A DNA stretch of 64,000 nucleotides from Epithemia pelagica (Eukaryota; Protista; Bacillariophyta): the NCBI GenBank assembly GCA_946965045.2, contig OX337231.1:1054001-1118000 (forward strand). Direction: 5' to 3'. The notes beneath the pieces are model-generated. The model was not told the origin of the DNA. It searched no databases and saw only the letters and a list, made by a program, of their open reading frames with translations. The first letter of the stretch is position 1; the number at the start of each line of letters is the position of its first letter. The translations under genes were made by a program, and so were the position numbers. Of this stretch, positions 11,061 through 21,428 are shown one piece after another.

Positions 11061-11191
11061 AACACACACGTGAAACAGAAAAAAAATGCACAAACACAAG
11101 ACAACTGGCAATGGCCCACAACAAGGAAAGCTCTTAGTACATTGACTGCAACTAGAATACAAGCATAGTCAACTCTATATGTATCTAGGTA

Positions 11192-11215
11192 CACGTTTAA
11201 TACCTAATGACAAAA
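11192..11215 (+). repeat. Left TIR of pogo-like element
   Basis: CACGTTTAATACCTAATGACAAAA preceded by TA. Confidence 0.88.
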
Positions 11216-11462
11216 TGCGTCATTTTCATCAAATGACACGGAAAATTTAGGTTTTTTAAAAAAAAAGTTTTTTCGTTCTTTGGAATTCAAGCAGCACCAA
11301 GATACCGTCCAAGGAAAGAGAGCAACACCTCCACTGCCGTAGATAGAAGAAAGGAATTGACATCACCATGTGGAAGTGTGTTTTTCTCATGATCCACAAG
11401 TTTTGATGTGAGAACGAGGAATCGATCCAAGACATTGAGCAGTGACGATACAAGGCGAGTGA

Positions 11463-12141
11463 TTGGCTATTGCTGCTGGTCTTGTGTCGAATCTTGGTCA
11501 TGGTGGTGGACAAGTTGATTCGCCAAGAGAGGCTCGACAGAGAGCACATCTTCAACAGCAGCATTCGGCCTTTTTGGAACGCATGGTTTCGTCACGCCAC
11601 CAACAAGAGAATGACGACGACGAAAACGACCAAGACGAGCCGCCGCCCAGTTCGACCATCAGTACTTGCGTCCAAGAATCGGTCGTTCAACTCTTGTTGG
11701 AATGGAATCCTTATCGTCACGCCGCCAACAAGAGAATGACGACGACGAAAACGACCAAGACGAGCCGCCGTCCAGTTCGACCATCAGTACTTGCGTCCAA
11801 GAATTGGTCGTTCAACTCTTGTTGGAACGGAGTCCTTGGAGTGCCTTGATGGTAGATGCCAAGGATGGTCGATTGCCCTTGACCCATGCCTGGGTTGGCA
11901 TGCCAGTATTGCACCCCTGATTGCCGCCTATCCTCGAGCCTTGGAATGTCACGATCCTGTGACGGGCTTGTACAATTTTCAATGGGCGGCCGTGTGTTCC
12001 CCCCAACTCGATACCGTGTACAGTTTGGTCCGACCCCTCCCGGCCCTCTTGTGTGCCTGTCGGCGTCCTCGTACTACTAGTAGCAGTAGTTGTCGGGACG
12101 AGAACTCACTGACAGGAGGCATCACCAAACACACCACATAG
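11463..12141 (+). pseudogene. Frameshifted relic of a diatom ankyrin-repeat-like gene inside the pogo element, containing a 125-bp tandem duplication (11590-11837)
   Basis: AKDGRLPLTHA and LIAAYPRALECHDPVTGLYNFQWAA..LDTVYSLVR resemble the C-terminus of diatom ankyrin-like proteins; the reading is split over several frames. Confidence 0.5.
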
Positions 12142-12205
12142 GAATGCACGACAAGTGCCAATTCCCACAAAAAACCCGCACCATGATACCGTGTCGCTCG
12201 ACTCC

Positions 12206-12416
12206 ATGACAACCTCTGCTTGTGGAAACAACAACGAAGCAAAACAACGAAGCAATGGGTGCCAAACGACAAAAGACATGATTGGAATGGATACAACACG
12301 TTTTCATGTAGATGGAGCATGACAACCTCTGCTTGTGGAAACAACAACAAAGCAATGGGTGCCAAACGACAAAAGACATGATTGGAATGGATACAACACG
12401 TTTTCATGTAGATGGA
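12206..12416. repeat. Two-copy tandem duplication (about 100-112 bp units)
   Basis: catgacaacctctgcttgtggaaacaacaac...ttttcatgtagatgga occurs twice; the second copy lacks a short internal segment. Confidence 0.85.
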
Positions 12417-12803
12417 TCACCGCAGACACACAAACCCCAGGAGGACCGTGGATTTGGTTCACAAATGACAGTACAATTCCCTCTGTCGTGGGGTGTTCTG
12501 GAGAACACCAGGAATCCAGAAATGGCACGGTGCGTTTGACGCTCGCTTGGATGAACCGGAGCCGCAGACACTGGTACAGAATCGACATGCGCGGACGCGC
12601 AACACGAGAGAGAGAGTCTGTTATAATAACTCATTGATTAGTGTTATTCAAATAATCAGAGGCTTTTATATTGCTTAGGGAGTCGACGAATACTAGAATA
12701 TGTAGATATGCAGTGCTGCTGGGAAAGATGAGTCTCGACATCCGAGGACAATTGGTTACATGTGGTTTTCAACATTTTTCTTCCACAAACCAGAATCGTT
12801 GTC

Positions 12804-15800
12804 TCAAACACATCCCTTGGGAGCACCACCTCGCGGGCGCTTGTACTTGCCATCAACACCCAACGTAGCTGGGTGTTTGGGTTGGACAAAATCCCACTGT
12901 TGATTGCTCTCGGCAGATTCCATTTCACCCATGCAGTCCTCCCCGTTCTCGTCACAATTATTTGTGCATCTATGGTCAAGCCGATCAACATGGTCAGTGG
13001 CGCATGTTCTGTTGGTGGGGCTGGTACTCTCATTGTGTTCTTGTGTATTGTTGTCGTCATCAGTGACAGAGTGAGGCTCGTCCAGACCACCATCATCAGT
13101 GCTGGTGGAGTCGAAGTCTACGCCTCCTGCATCTTCTGCAGCAGCATCGAGGCTACCATCATCGGTGGTGGTGTCCAAGAAGTTCAAGTCACCACCAGCA
13201 TCAGCGGTGGTATCCAAGAAGTTCAAGACATCCTCCTCCTCAGCAGCAGTGCCATCGTCCACCAGGCTTCCACCAGCAGAGTCCAAGACATCATCCTCTT
13301 CAGCAGCAGTGCCATCGTCTACCAGGCTACCACCAGCAGAGTCCAAGACATCATCCTCTTCAGCAGCAGTGCCATCGTCCACCAGGCTACCACCAGCAGC
13401 ATCCAAGACATCCTCCTCCTCAGCAGCAGTGCCGTCATTCAGGGTGCCAGCAGAATCCAAGCCTCCAGCATCATCATGATCATCAGCAGATGGATGATCC
13501 AGGTTGCCGAATGGCCTCCCTGTCACTGCTGCACCGTCAATCCCAAGGATTGTGCCCAAAAACGAATGAATTCGACGAAGCTCTTGCTCTGGAATAGAGC
13601 CAAAGACTGTCGAGAGAATATGTTCCATCCTTTCAGTTGATTGCTTTTGGAGTTGGCCAACCAAGAATGCATCGTTTGCTTGGACAGCACGGCTATACAA
13701 GGCAGACTCTGAATATGAGTTGATCTGGCCAGACTCAAGTTGTGAGAGCTTTTGCTCGTCACGTTCCGTCCAAACTACATTCGAGGGAACGGCCATGTTC
13801 TTGTATTTTTCATAAAGCTCTTTCAATCGAGAGTTGGTCATATTGCTAAGGGCCTCTCCTCTCGGTGACTTGAGCCCTTGCTTGTACCGAATAAAAATGC
13901 GCAAGTCGGGGTTTGATTGAATAGGACGACCCGATGCAATCAGTGCATCAAATTTTTCTTTGATTGGTTGGAACTTACTGGCAAGTTCTTTCTGTTTCAG
14001 CATCGACTTATGCTCTTCCTCCATGTTGGCCCGTGCATAGGCGAGGAGCATATCGGTGCAGTTCAATGCATCCCCACCCATGGTATACCGAAAGAACTGC
14101 CCAGCTGTCTTCACAGTGCCAAGAAGGTCCTGGCGCTCTCTTGTATTTTGCATCGTTGAAACTGCATTGCGCCCAGACACCTGTGCTTCAGTGATGCGAG
14201 GTGCATCCCGACGCAAGGAATTCACAGCCGTCTCGGAATAGCCGGCTGAAATCAAGGCTTCGGCTGCATGGTGATTGTCCTGCTCCATCATTGAGATGAG
14301 AGAGCTGTAGGGATCACCGCTCTCAACTTCAGTACCTTCCGTCTCAACAATCTCATGACAAAGCCTGTCACTCTTGAGAGCATTGCGAGTCGCCGGGCAG
14401 TAGCCACACTTTTCACGGGCGCTTCGGATGTTTTCTGGACGAAGGCCCATGGTGAAAGCGGCCTTTAGGTGGATCAGCTGACCATTTGGCAATGGTACAT
14501 CACCACCAAAAAGGATGTAGCCAATATCATCGAGGGAGAGCGTCGCTTTCCCAGCCCCCTCGATAAGAAGACGCTCCTTGTACAAAAGATCACGGTTCTC
14601 GTACAGAACCTTTTTCATTGGACCAAAGATCTGGTCCATCTCTTGACCAATCTCAGTTCCATTTGGAAGCCCGGGGTAAAAAAAGAACCCCATATCCCTT
14701 GCTCGTGCAGTAAAAGAAGCGCTGGCTGGTCCGAAGCTTCCACGCCCAGTCCCACTGTCGAGCTTAACCAGATAGGGATTGGCAGGACTCGCATCGGGGA
14801 AGATCTTTACCAATACCTCTAAGCTCCATTTGGCCCACAGTTCACTTGTCATACCACCTTTTGGTGTGTATGCAATTGTTGCATCAACGAAGTTTTGCGT
14901 GCGATTGAACCCCCATTGTCCGCAAATCTGCTGGAACCCTTGAAGCATAGCTGGGTTCACCTTCACCTTGTCTTTTGCTGATGTCGGGAATAATATGAGT
15001 GGTGGAATTGCCTCGTCTGCAAATGTCACACCCGCAAGGATTGTACATTTAAGACTGGAGCGTAACACTGGCTCCCCAGCATCAGGAATGGAGTGCACAG
15101 TGTAGACAAGTGAAGGGCGTCCACCTGCATGTTTGTCCTCACCATTGAGGGTGAACGCCATCTCATCCAGCTGCAAAATTTTGGATGTGTCATGGAAGAT
15201 CACATTTCCATGCGCTTTGCGTTCTTGATCATTCATATGCCATTTGGCAAAGCCGTTATCTACCACAAAGTGCTCCCAATTCTTATAGTGCTGTTCCTGG
15301 GCTTGGTAGGTCAGCCAACGAACACGTCGTGCATCTCGTTGGTCACGTGCTCCAACGTCGTTCATGCGTGCATTGTCCTGCGTGATCCGCCGGTAGAATA
15401 CAGTGTCATCGAGGTCGTGCTTGCTATTTACAACGGCACCAACTAACGAAATGCATTCTGACCTGCTGAGACGAATGTCCACATTTGCTTGCTCCAATGC
15501 CAAGCATGTATGCAGAAGAGTAGCAATATCATTGTACTCTTTCTCTGGGATCACACTTCTTCGTCCTCTCCTTGCTGGCGAGACACCAACCTGCCCTTGT
15601 TGCACTGCACTCTCAAGCGATCGTCCCGAAACAAGCTGCATAGTCTCGCCGTTGGGAAACCTCACACCAAAGATGTCACTGACCTTTTCGGCGCAGTGAT
15701 CTTTCGTGAAAGTCCTCTCCAGCGGAATCTCCCCATTCTTGGAACAGTTGAGAAGCACCGTCCCAACCTTGTGAGCAACTTTCCGCAGATCATCCAATTC

Positions 15801-16589
15801 CTTTTTCGCACGGACTTGTGCGTGTGCTTGCTGGGATGTCTTGCGATGGGCAGTGCTGTTGCATGCCAAACTAATGGCTGACAAAACTGACCCATTGTCT
15901 TTGTTGAGGAGACGAATGCGTGGTATGTCACGGTTGTTGCTTGATTCCGTTGTATTTTCTGTTGTTGTTGAGTTGCCACATGCAGTTTGTGTGAGTGGTG
16001 ATGCTAGAACCTGCTCATCACCCCACTCCTCCGCATCAACATTAATGAGCATGTTGACAGGATCATTGGATCTGTGGCTGTCCTGGTTGTTATGTTGATA
16101 TCCCTCGCCATTCTGGTTGCGGTGGTAACAGTGTCGAGTATTATTTTTGTTGCGTCGAATGGGTTTGGGGATAAATCCTTCATTTTGTAGCTGTCGTTGG
16201 CAGCGCTTGTAGACAGTAGAGCCACCCTTTGTGTCTGGATGGGGATACCCAGCAAGTCGCATCATTTCTGAAAGAGTCTTCCGTTGAGGATGGAACTTGT
16301 TACCCGGGTTGAATGTTGCAAACTTGAACAGAGTTGTTGCTCTGTACTGCATGGAATCTGAGTCAGTTGAATAGTCTGGCTCTCCATCTTTAACAGATGA
16401 TGCCTCTTGAAGTGCTGCGAACAAGGTTTTTGATCCTTGCAACTGCTCTGCACTGATGCCAACCATTGTCATGGCATCTTCTCCCGACGGACTTGTGCCG
16501 GGGACAAGGCGTGATATCTCCACAGCCTTTTGAACGCTCTTTAACATGACATTGTCCACCATGGTATCTTCTGCATTTTGGTCTGTCAC
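12804..16589 (-). CDS. pogo-like DDD transposase (1261 aa) with long N-terminal HTH region and acidic repeat tail
   Basis: Uninterrupted ORF; putative triad ILQLDEM / VKLDSG / QEMDQ; TPKGGMT and PNGT motifs of DDE_1 transposases. First ATG near 16562; upstream exons are possible. Confidence 0.85.
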   Translation of the reverse strand: MTDQNAEDTMVDNVMLKSVQKAVEISRLVPGTSPSGEDAMTMVGISAEQLQGSKTLFAALQEASSVKDGEPDYSTDSDSMQYRATTLFKFATFNPGNKFHPQRKTLSEMMRLAGYPHPDTKGGSTVYKRCQRQLQNEGFIPKPIRRNKNNTRHCYHRNQNGEGYQHNNQDSHRSNDPVNMLINVDAEEWGDEQVLASPLTQTACGNSTTTENTTESSNNRDIPRIRLLNKDNGSVLSAISLACNSTAHRKTSQQAHAQVRAKKELDDLRKVAHKVGTVLLNCSKNGEIPLERTFTKDHCAEKVSDIFGVRFPNGETMQLVSGRSLESAVQQGQVGVSPARRGRRSVIPEKEYNDIATLLHTCLALEQANVDIRLSRSECISLVGAVVNSKHDLDDTVFYRRITQDNARMNDVGARDQRDARRVRWLTYQAQEQHYKNWEHFVVDNGFAKWHMNDQERKAHGNVIFHDTSKILQLDEMAFTLNGEDKHAGGRPSLVYTVHSIPDAGEPVLRSSLKCTILAGVTFADEAIPPLILFPTSAKDKVKVNPAMLQGFQQICGQWGFNRTQNFVDATIAYTPKGGMTSELWAKWSLEVLVKIFPDASPANPYLVKLDSGTGRGSFGPASASFTARARDMGFFFYPGLPNGTEIGQEMDQIFGPMKKVLYENRDLLYKERLLIEGAGKATLSLDDIGYILFGGDVPLPNGQLIHLKAAFTMGLRPENIRSAREKCGYCPATRNALKSDRLCHEIVETEGTEVESGDPYSSLISMMEQDNHHAAEALISAGYSETAVNSLRRDAPRITEAQVSGRNAVSTMQNTRERQDLLGTVKTAGQFFRYTMGGDALNCTDMLLAYARANMEEEHKSMLKQKELASKFQPIKEKFDALIASGRPIQSNPDLRIFIRYKQGLKSPRGEALSNMTNSRLKELYEKYKNMAVPSNVVWTERDEQKLSQLESGQINSYSESALYSRAVQANDAFLVGQLQKQSTERMEHILSTVFGSIPEQELRRIHSFLGTILGIDGAAVTGRPFGNLDHPSADDHDDAGGLDSAGTLNDGTAAEEEDVLDAAGGSLVDDGTAAEEDDVLDSAGGSLVDDGTAAEEDDVLDSAGGSLVDDGTAAEEEDVLNFLDTTADAGGDLNFLDTTTDDGSLDAAAEDAGGVDFDSTSTDDGGLDEPHSVTDDDNNTQEHNESTSPTNRTCATDHVDRLDHRCTNNCDENGEDCMGEMESAESNQQWDFVQPKHPATLGVDGKYKRPRGGAPKGCV
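13224..13460. repeat. Four 60-bp in-frame tandem repeats encoding DSAGGSLVDDGTAAEEDDVL
   Basis: Units start at 13224, 13284, 13344 and 13404. Confidence 0.92.
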
Positions 16590-17300
16590 CCGTCATCCCA
16601 CCATCACGTGTGGCGCCATCTCGGTCACGTTCGGGTTTATGCTGGGTCATCACACATACACATGTTTGGCATGGGATGGACGGGTTGATTCCATGTGGGA
16701 GGCGTGAATCCATCATTGTGCTGACCCCCAAACAACAATCAGCATCTCCGATGCCTTTATCCGTGACAACAAGGTGCACCTGCAGTTGCTGCCTCCGAAT
16801 GCCATTGTCATCCTATCATGTTGGACGAGGAGGGAACGAGATTTCTCTTCAAAATTTGATTCCAACGGTGCCAAGCCTGTCAGGTCGTGTGTGACTGACT
16901 GTGGTTGAAAATGTAGAACCTGGGGGATTTTGGTCTTGTTGGGGGGTGTTTTGTGGTCCCAGTCCCAGGGCGGGCGCACATTTGGATGATGATGGCTCCT
17001 CACATCTATGTTTCTTCGTGGGAACATCCAATCGGGGATTGTTGGCCTGCCTACCATTGACCATGTACATACTGTACCATAACGTCTAACACACTGTTTC
17101 ACTTGTCTGTGCACAGATGGCTATTCTCCGGATGACATTGGATCATCGTCGTGTCCACCAACCCAAGTCGGCACTATAGAAATATCCACAAAGGGGACCT
17201 GGTGACCCATAAAAACGTTCTATCTCATATCTAAGCTTAGCTACCTAGTTTGCCATTTTACCATGGCTTGCTCGTGCATTGACATACCAGAGTTTTCGTT

Positions 17301-17954
17301 TCAGAAAGGACTAGACAGCATTCGGTCCTGAGTTTCGGCAAACTGAAATGAAAGGTCACTCTCCATGGAAGCCACACTGCTTTCACCAGAATCCAAACTG
17401 TCATTCGTTTCGATCTTGATATGCTTCTGGGCAAACGAAACAGCCTTCTCCACAGATGCATTAACATTATCCTGACCACCACCAGCATGCTTCTTGTTGT
17501 TGGTCTCCTGGACGTCATCACCAGTTAAATCAATCAGTGCAGGAGAACTGATATCATCAGTTAAATCAATCACAGCAATGCCTTCCGTGATTTCTTGAGC
17601 AAGATCCAGCTTGATGTTGTTTGTGTGGGGGGAAGAGTTGTTGGAAGTAGCAGTCTTCTTGGATCCACATGCGCTGGTTTTCTTTGGCGGTGGAGTCATT
17701 AAATCAATGACTTCTTTGGCTGCAGGCATTGCTCTACCCTTCTTGGTCCGCTTCTTCTCTGCGGCCTGATTCATAGCACCACCAGCAGCTGCAATCGGAG
17801 CACTGGCACAAGCTGCAATCGGAGCACTGGCCGAAGAGTCCACAACCTTATTCTTACCAACCACTACGTCCTTCTTCTTGTTGGTAACCTCCTTGGTGTT
17901 CACTCGGTTCTTGTTACGGACACTGAGGCGACGGCCTCCAACAAATTCAGACAT
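17301..17954 (-). CDS. Transposon cargo protein with three VIDL-type SUMO-interacting motifs, a psi-KxE site and basic NLS-like patches
   Basis: atcATG at 17954; EVIDLMT, AVIDLTDD, LIDLTGDD, HIKIET, KKRTKK; otherwise low complexity; no stops or frameshifts. Confidence 0.65.
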   Translation of the reverse strand: MSEFVGGRRLSVRNKNRVNTKEVTNKKKDVVVGKNKVVDSSASAPIAACASAPIAAAGGAMNQAAEKKRTKKGRAMPAAKEVIDLMTPPPKKTSACGSKKTATSNNSSPHTNNIKLDLAQEITEGIAVIDLTDDISSPALIDLTGDDVQETNNKKHAGGGQDNVNASVEKAVSFAQKHIKIETNDSLDSGESSVASMESDLSFQFAETQDRMLSSPF

Positions 17955-18332
17955 GATGGATGATTCTGATAGAATGGACAAAGGCGTGCCGATTTCTGCT
18001 GTGCTTCCTTTTGTGAGAACATGGCAAACGTTCATCACTCACATGAAGAGCTTCACAATTCACGAGTCACTCATACAAAACTACAGAATACCTAGTTGAA
18101 CAGACAACAGTCCGCCAACTGGCGCCAAGAATTGCTGGCCTGCAGGCGTGGGATGTGGGACGTGTTCGTCAAACTCGACAAGACTCGAAACGCTTCCCAC
18201 CTTATCTTTTGCGACGATTGAGAGGTCACAAAAGAAGAGGTAAGTCAACATGTTGAGATCAAGAATAGAATCGCATTTCCATTCCTCTCTCTCACGCACA
18301 ATATACTGCAGCTTTGGATATAGAAAAGAATA

Positions 18333-18827
18333 ATGCAGTTGCCAAATGGTTTTTATATCATTCCTGAACAGGGACAAGAACTCCGACCAGGCGAAAGCTC
18401 CACTCTGTTCGCCGAACTGGACGTGAATGTCTATGTGAAAGACGACATTCCTTCAAGACCAGGCGATGATGATGGGCGTCTGATTGTTGATTGTGGTATG
18501 CTCTTGGTACAGCGTTCTGCACCAGACAACATTCTCTCAATCCGTGCTTTTGGTCGAGAGAAAACAGATCAGCATACCTTGCCTGACCTTGTCGTTCCCT
18601 TTTTCTACATAAATCAGGCATACGACAAGAAAATCTGCTCCAAGGGTGGATCTGTTACCAAGGGTAAGATTGTTATTTCAACCCACTGGTCTCTCAACAC
18701 CCAAATGACTATGAACCCGATGGTGATCACTCTCAAAATGTCTACGAATGGTCGGAAAACTTTTAAGACAGCCTGCCATAATGGAATGTGCAATTGGCCT
18801 CAAGAGACAGGTTTAGCCTTCGTGTAA
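18333..18827 (+). CDS. Hypothetical 164-aa cargo protein, divergent from the SIM ORF
   Basis: ATG-initiated intact ORF with globular-looking composition, inside the TIRs; no family recognised. Confidence 0.55.
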   Translation: MQLPNGFYIIPEQGQELRPGESSTLFAELDVNVYVKDDIPSRPGDDDGRLIVDCGMLLVQRSAPDNILSIRAFGREKTDQHTLPDLVVPFFYINQAYDKKICSKGGSVTKGKIVISTHWSLNTQMTMNPMVITLKMSTNGRKTFKTACHNGMCNWPQETGLAFV

Positions 18828-19872
18828 TTTGAATTGTTCGTAAGAATCTGAACTTGATTGTGTTTATTTTAATCTAGTGAACGTAGACTTTTGCATGGTT
18901 ATAAGTCGTCTTGCCATCCGAGCTCAACGAAGAGCCGCCGCCGGACAACGACTGACATCCTCTACCACTGCAGTGCCTTGCACAAATAGCACAATCTCTG
19001 ATTGTCTGTGTCTTCTACCAGCTTGTTGTCGTCTCTCATGGGTTCCTTCACCAATACACCTACGACTGAAACCACCACCACCTCTCCAAACAGTCCAACC
19101 ACCTTCTTGCATCCTACGTACACAAGGAACCAACCCCCACATTGGATTTGAAATTCTTGGCAAATGTGACCCAAAACAATAGACAGCATCGGATGACATG
19201 GGAATGTTGGCCATCCAAGATGAACCATCCTGTCGTGCATCTTCTCTCGTCCTTGACACGACAACGACGCCCAACAGCAGCGGCGAATCGTCGTCGTCCC
19301 CCCTGCAATTCGCCACCACTACTCCCCCGTCAATTGGCCAGTCAGTAGAGACTGGACCATCATCAATGAAGACAAGGTTAAGCCATTGACAAGCCCAACA
19401 CTGTTTTGGTAATTGTTGTAGTTGTGGTTGTGGTTGCGGTTGCGGTTCGATATTGGTTGATTGGTGAATTTTGTTGTTTTTGATGGGCGCATCGGCCAGC
19501 AACCAATCCCTTGTGCAAGGTGCCTTGGGCAGGCTATTTGCACAATATCAACTGTTGTGATCCACTAAGAAGCCCTGGGTTAGGATTCAACAAAAGCAAG
19601 CAAGGAAATGGTGAGTTGTATGGCAGAAGACGTCGATGACACAAAATGACACGAATCTCACCAAAATTTGCCTTCTTCTCTGGCTCTTTTTTGGATGCCA
19701 CAACCACAACCAACTCAAAGATGGAGCTACATACTTTCTGAGAACACTATTGTTGGGAGTTTAGAGGCCTTACTTGACCCATGGTGCTCAGGAATCGGTC
19801 GAGAACGGCCGACAACAACGGTCGAATTTCTAGAAACCTTAATGTGTACGAAAAAAATGTCATTTTTTAGGG

Positions 19873-19896
19873 TTTTGTCATTAGGTACTAAACGTG
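19873..19896 (-). repeat. Right TIR of pogo-like element
   Basis: Reverse complement CACGTTTAGTACCTAATGACAAAA; followed by TA. Confidence 0.88.
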
Positions 19897-20508
19897 TACT
19901 CCTCCTATTTGTTTAGGCTTCCTGGCCCTATCCTTTGTATTGTGTCCTTCCTTAGACTCTGATGTTGTCCACACACTGGTTGATTGTCATCTTGTCATTT
20001 TTTATCCTTCTTCTAATTCGGTTGATAGCCGCGTTTACTGATGATCCAGGGGGTAGATCTTGACAGTAGTATTCATGCTATGGTCATTCATTTTGCTGGA
20101 TTGTTGGATTTTGTTGCAGCCCCATTGTCATTTCTTGTGGTTTGTCGAAAAGTGAGAAGTTAGACGATTCATGGCACAAAATATGAGGCGAGGCCGGCGT
20201 TCAGATTTCAACGATCGAAGGCAGGCTGACGATTTAACATGGCAGGCGCTTTGGAAAAAAAAACAAGAGGCCAAAGTTGCGCAACGCACGAAGGACAGAA
20301 AATATACACCTCTTGAATCGTTTCCTTTAATCTCTAGGAGTATATTCCAAAATTGAGTAGTGGCAATAAGGGGGTAAGTAAGTTATCGGGCGCGCGGAGC
20401 ATGTGCGGAGTCGGAGTGTGATATTGATATGGGCGGAGAAAGGCCAAACCAACCCGGATATAGAGCTTTCCTCCGCAAAATTTACACTGTAAACTTATCA
20501 CCGGAACA

Positions 20509-20561
20509 TTGATGCGCGTGAAGGTGCAAGTGCGGGGGGTAAGCCCCCGCACTCGCATCAA
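20509..20561. other. GC-rich composite hairpin
   Basis: 10-bp stem AGTGCGGGGG/CCCCCGCACT with GTAAG loop (20529-20553), plus outer 8-bp stem TTGATGCG/CGCATCAA with a 12-nt bulge. Confidence 0.7.
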
Positions 20562-21022
20562 CGAAACTTAACAGTTATCCGTAGTTTTGTAACGCGAGTG
20601 TGCTTCAACGGATAGAATGACAGACGATTGTCGGGCCCACACGCACTCCATATATGACGGCAACGACGACAGCTCTACGATCTACGAAGAAGAAAGACAA
20701 TCTTTCTCATCCCCGATTCGGTTGCAGTAGCGTCTGTTCTACTTGGCATTCTCTCTTCTCCTTGAGACGACGACAACGATGATAAGACGAGTCCTCTCCA
20801 TTACACTGCTCTTGTCTGGCCTCCATCTCTCGGGGTTCGTTGGATCAAATATCCAAACGTTACATGAATGACTCTGTAAAATGTGTTGTGTTTCCATCGC
20901 CCGTGCATCATCGATTTGTAAGTGCCTTTCGTACATCCATATCCATGGCGACATGCCAATAGCACAACGTCGTGTCTGCGGAACGTCCAGAACCTTGACA
21001 AGCCTCTTCGTAATGATCCTCT

Positions 21023-21428
21023 TGTTGAAGCCAGGCGCTCAGCGTTCAGCGTATGCGTTGGCACGTCCGTAAACCGCTTACTAAACTTCACTTTTCCTAT
21101 AGAGTGAGCACATTTTGCTCATTACTTTCTAGTCTTACTTTCTTGCTTGACCCGGACTTCCCGATCAGGATGTCCCGGTAGGACGGTCTTGTTATGACTG
21201 GCTTACCACGGCCCTTTTCGGAATCCGTGTTGCTTCTCGTAGTCGTAGTCAATTCTTCTTGGTCATCTCGGGTCTTACTTGGTTCCATTTGGTCATCCCG
21301 GTCTTCACTGTCCAAACCGGATGACTTGCTGTCCTTGAAATGGACAATGTGAGGATTCGTTCCAGATTCGTCAGCTTTTGCTTCCGAGTCCGATCTTGCT
21401 TCCGAATGCTCCAGCTTGCGTTCCAACA
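21023..21428 (-). repeat. 3' LTR of copia element 2 (about 406 bp)
   Basis: Minus strand begins TGTTGG after the PPT-like AAGGAGTG (21429-21436) and ends CTTCAACA at 21023. Confidence 0.8.

Larger units (their letters stand above)
11192..19896 (-). mobile_element. Large (8705 bp) pogo/Tc1-mariner-superfamily DNA transposon with cargo ORFs
   Basis: 24-bp TIRs CACGTTTA(A/G)TACCTAATGACAAAA (23/24 match), TA on both flanks (11190-11191 and 19897-19898), internal DDE_1-like transposase. Confidence 0.88.

Noticed and set aside
12762-13640. 292-aa hydrophobic ORF on + that looks like a membrane protein
   Set aside because: It is the antisense shadow of the acidic 60-bp repeats of the transposase tail.
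20509-20567. Hammerhead-like TTGATGCG...CGAAAC
   Set aside because: The core would need CUGANGA; there are two mismatches, and stems I and III cannot be built.
20779-20871. Short signal-peptide-like ORF MIRRVLSITLLLSGLHLSGF..
   Set aside because: Only 30 codons, and I could find no convincing splice continuation.
21040-21075. LTR segment AGCGTATGCG-TTG-GCACGTCCG resembling group II intron domain V
   Set aside because: It lacks the GNRA-capped stem length, AGC triad context and domain VI; it lies in an LTR, so this is probably chance.
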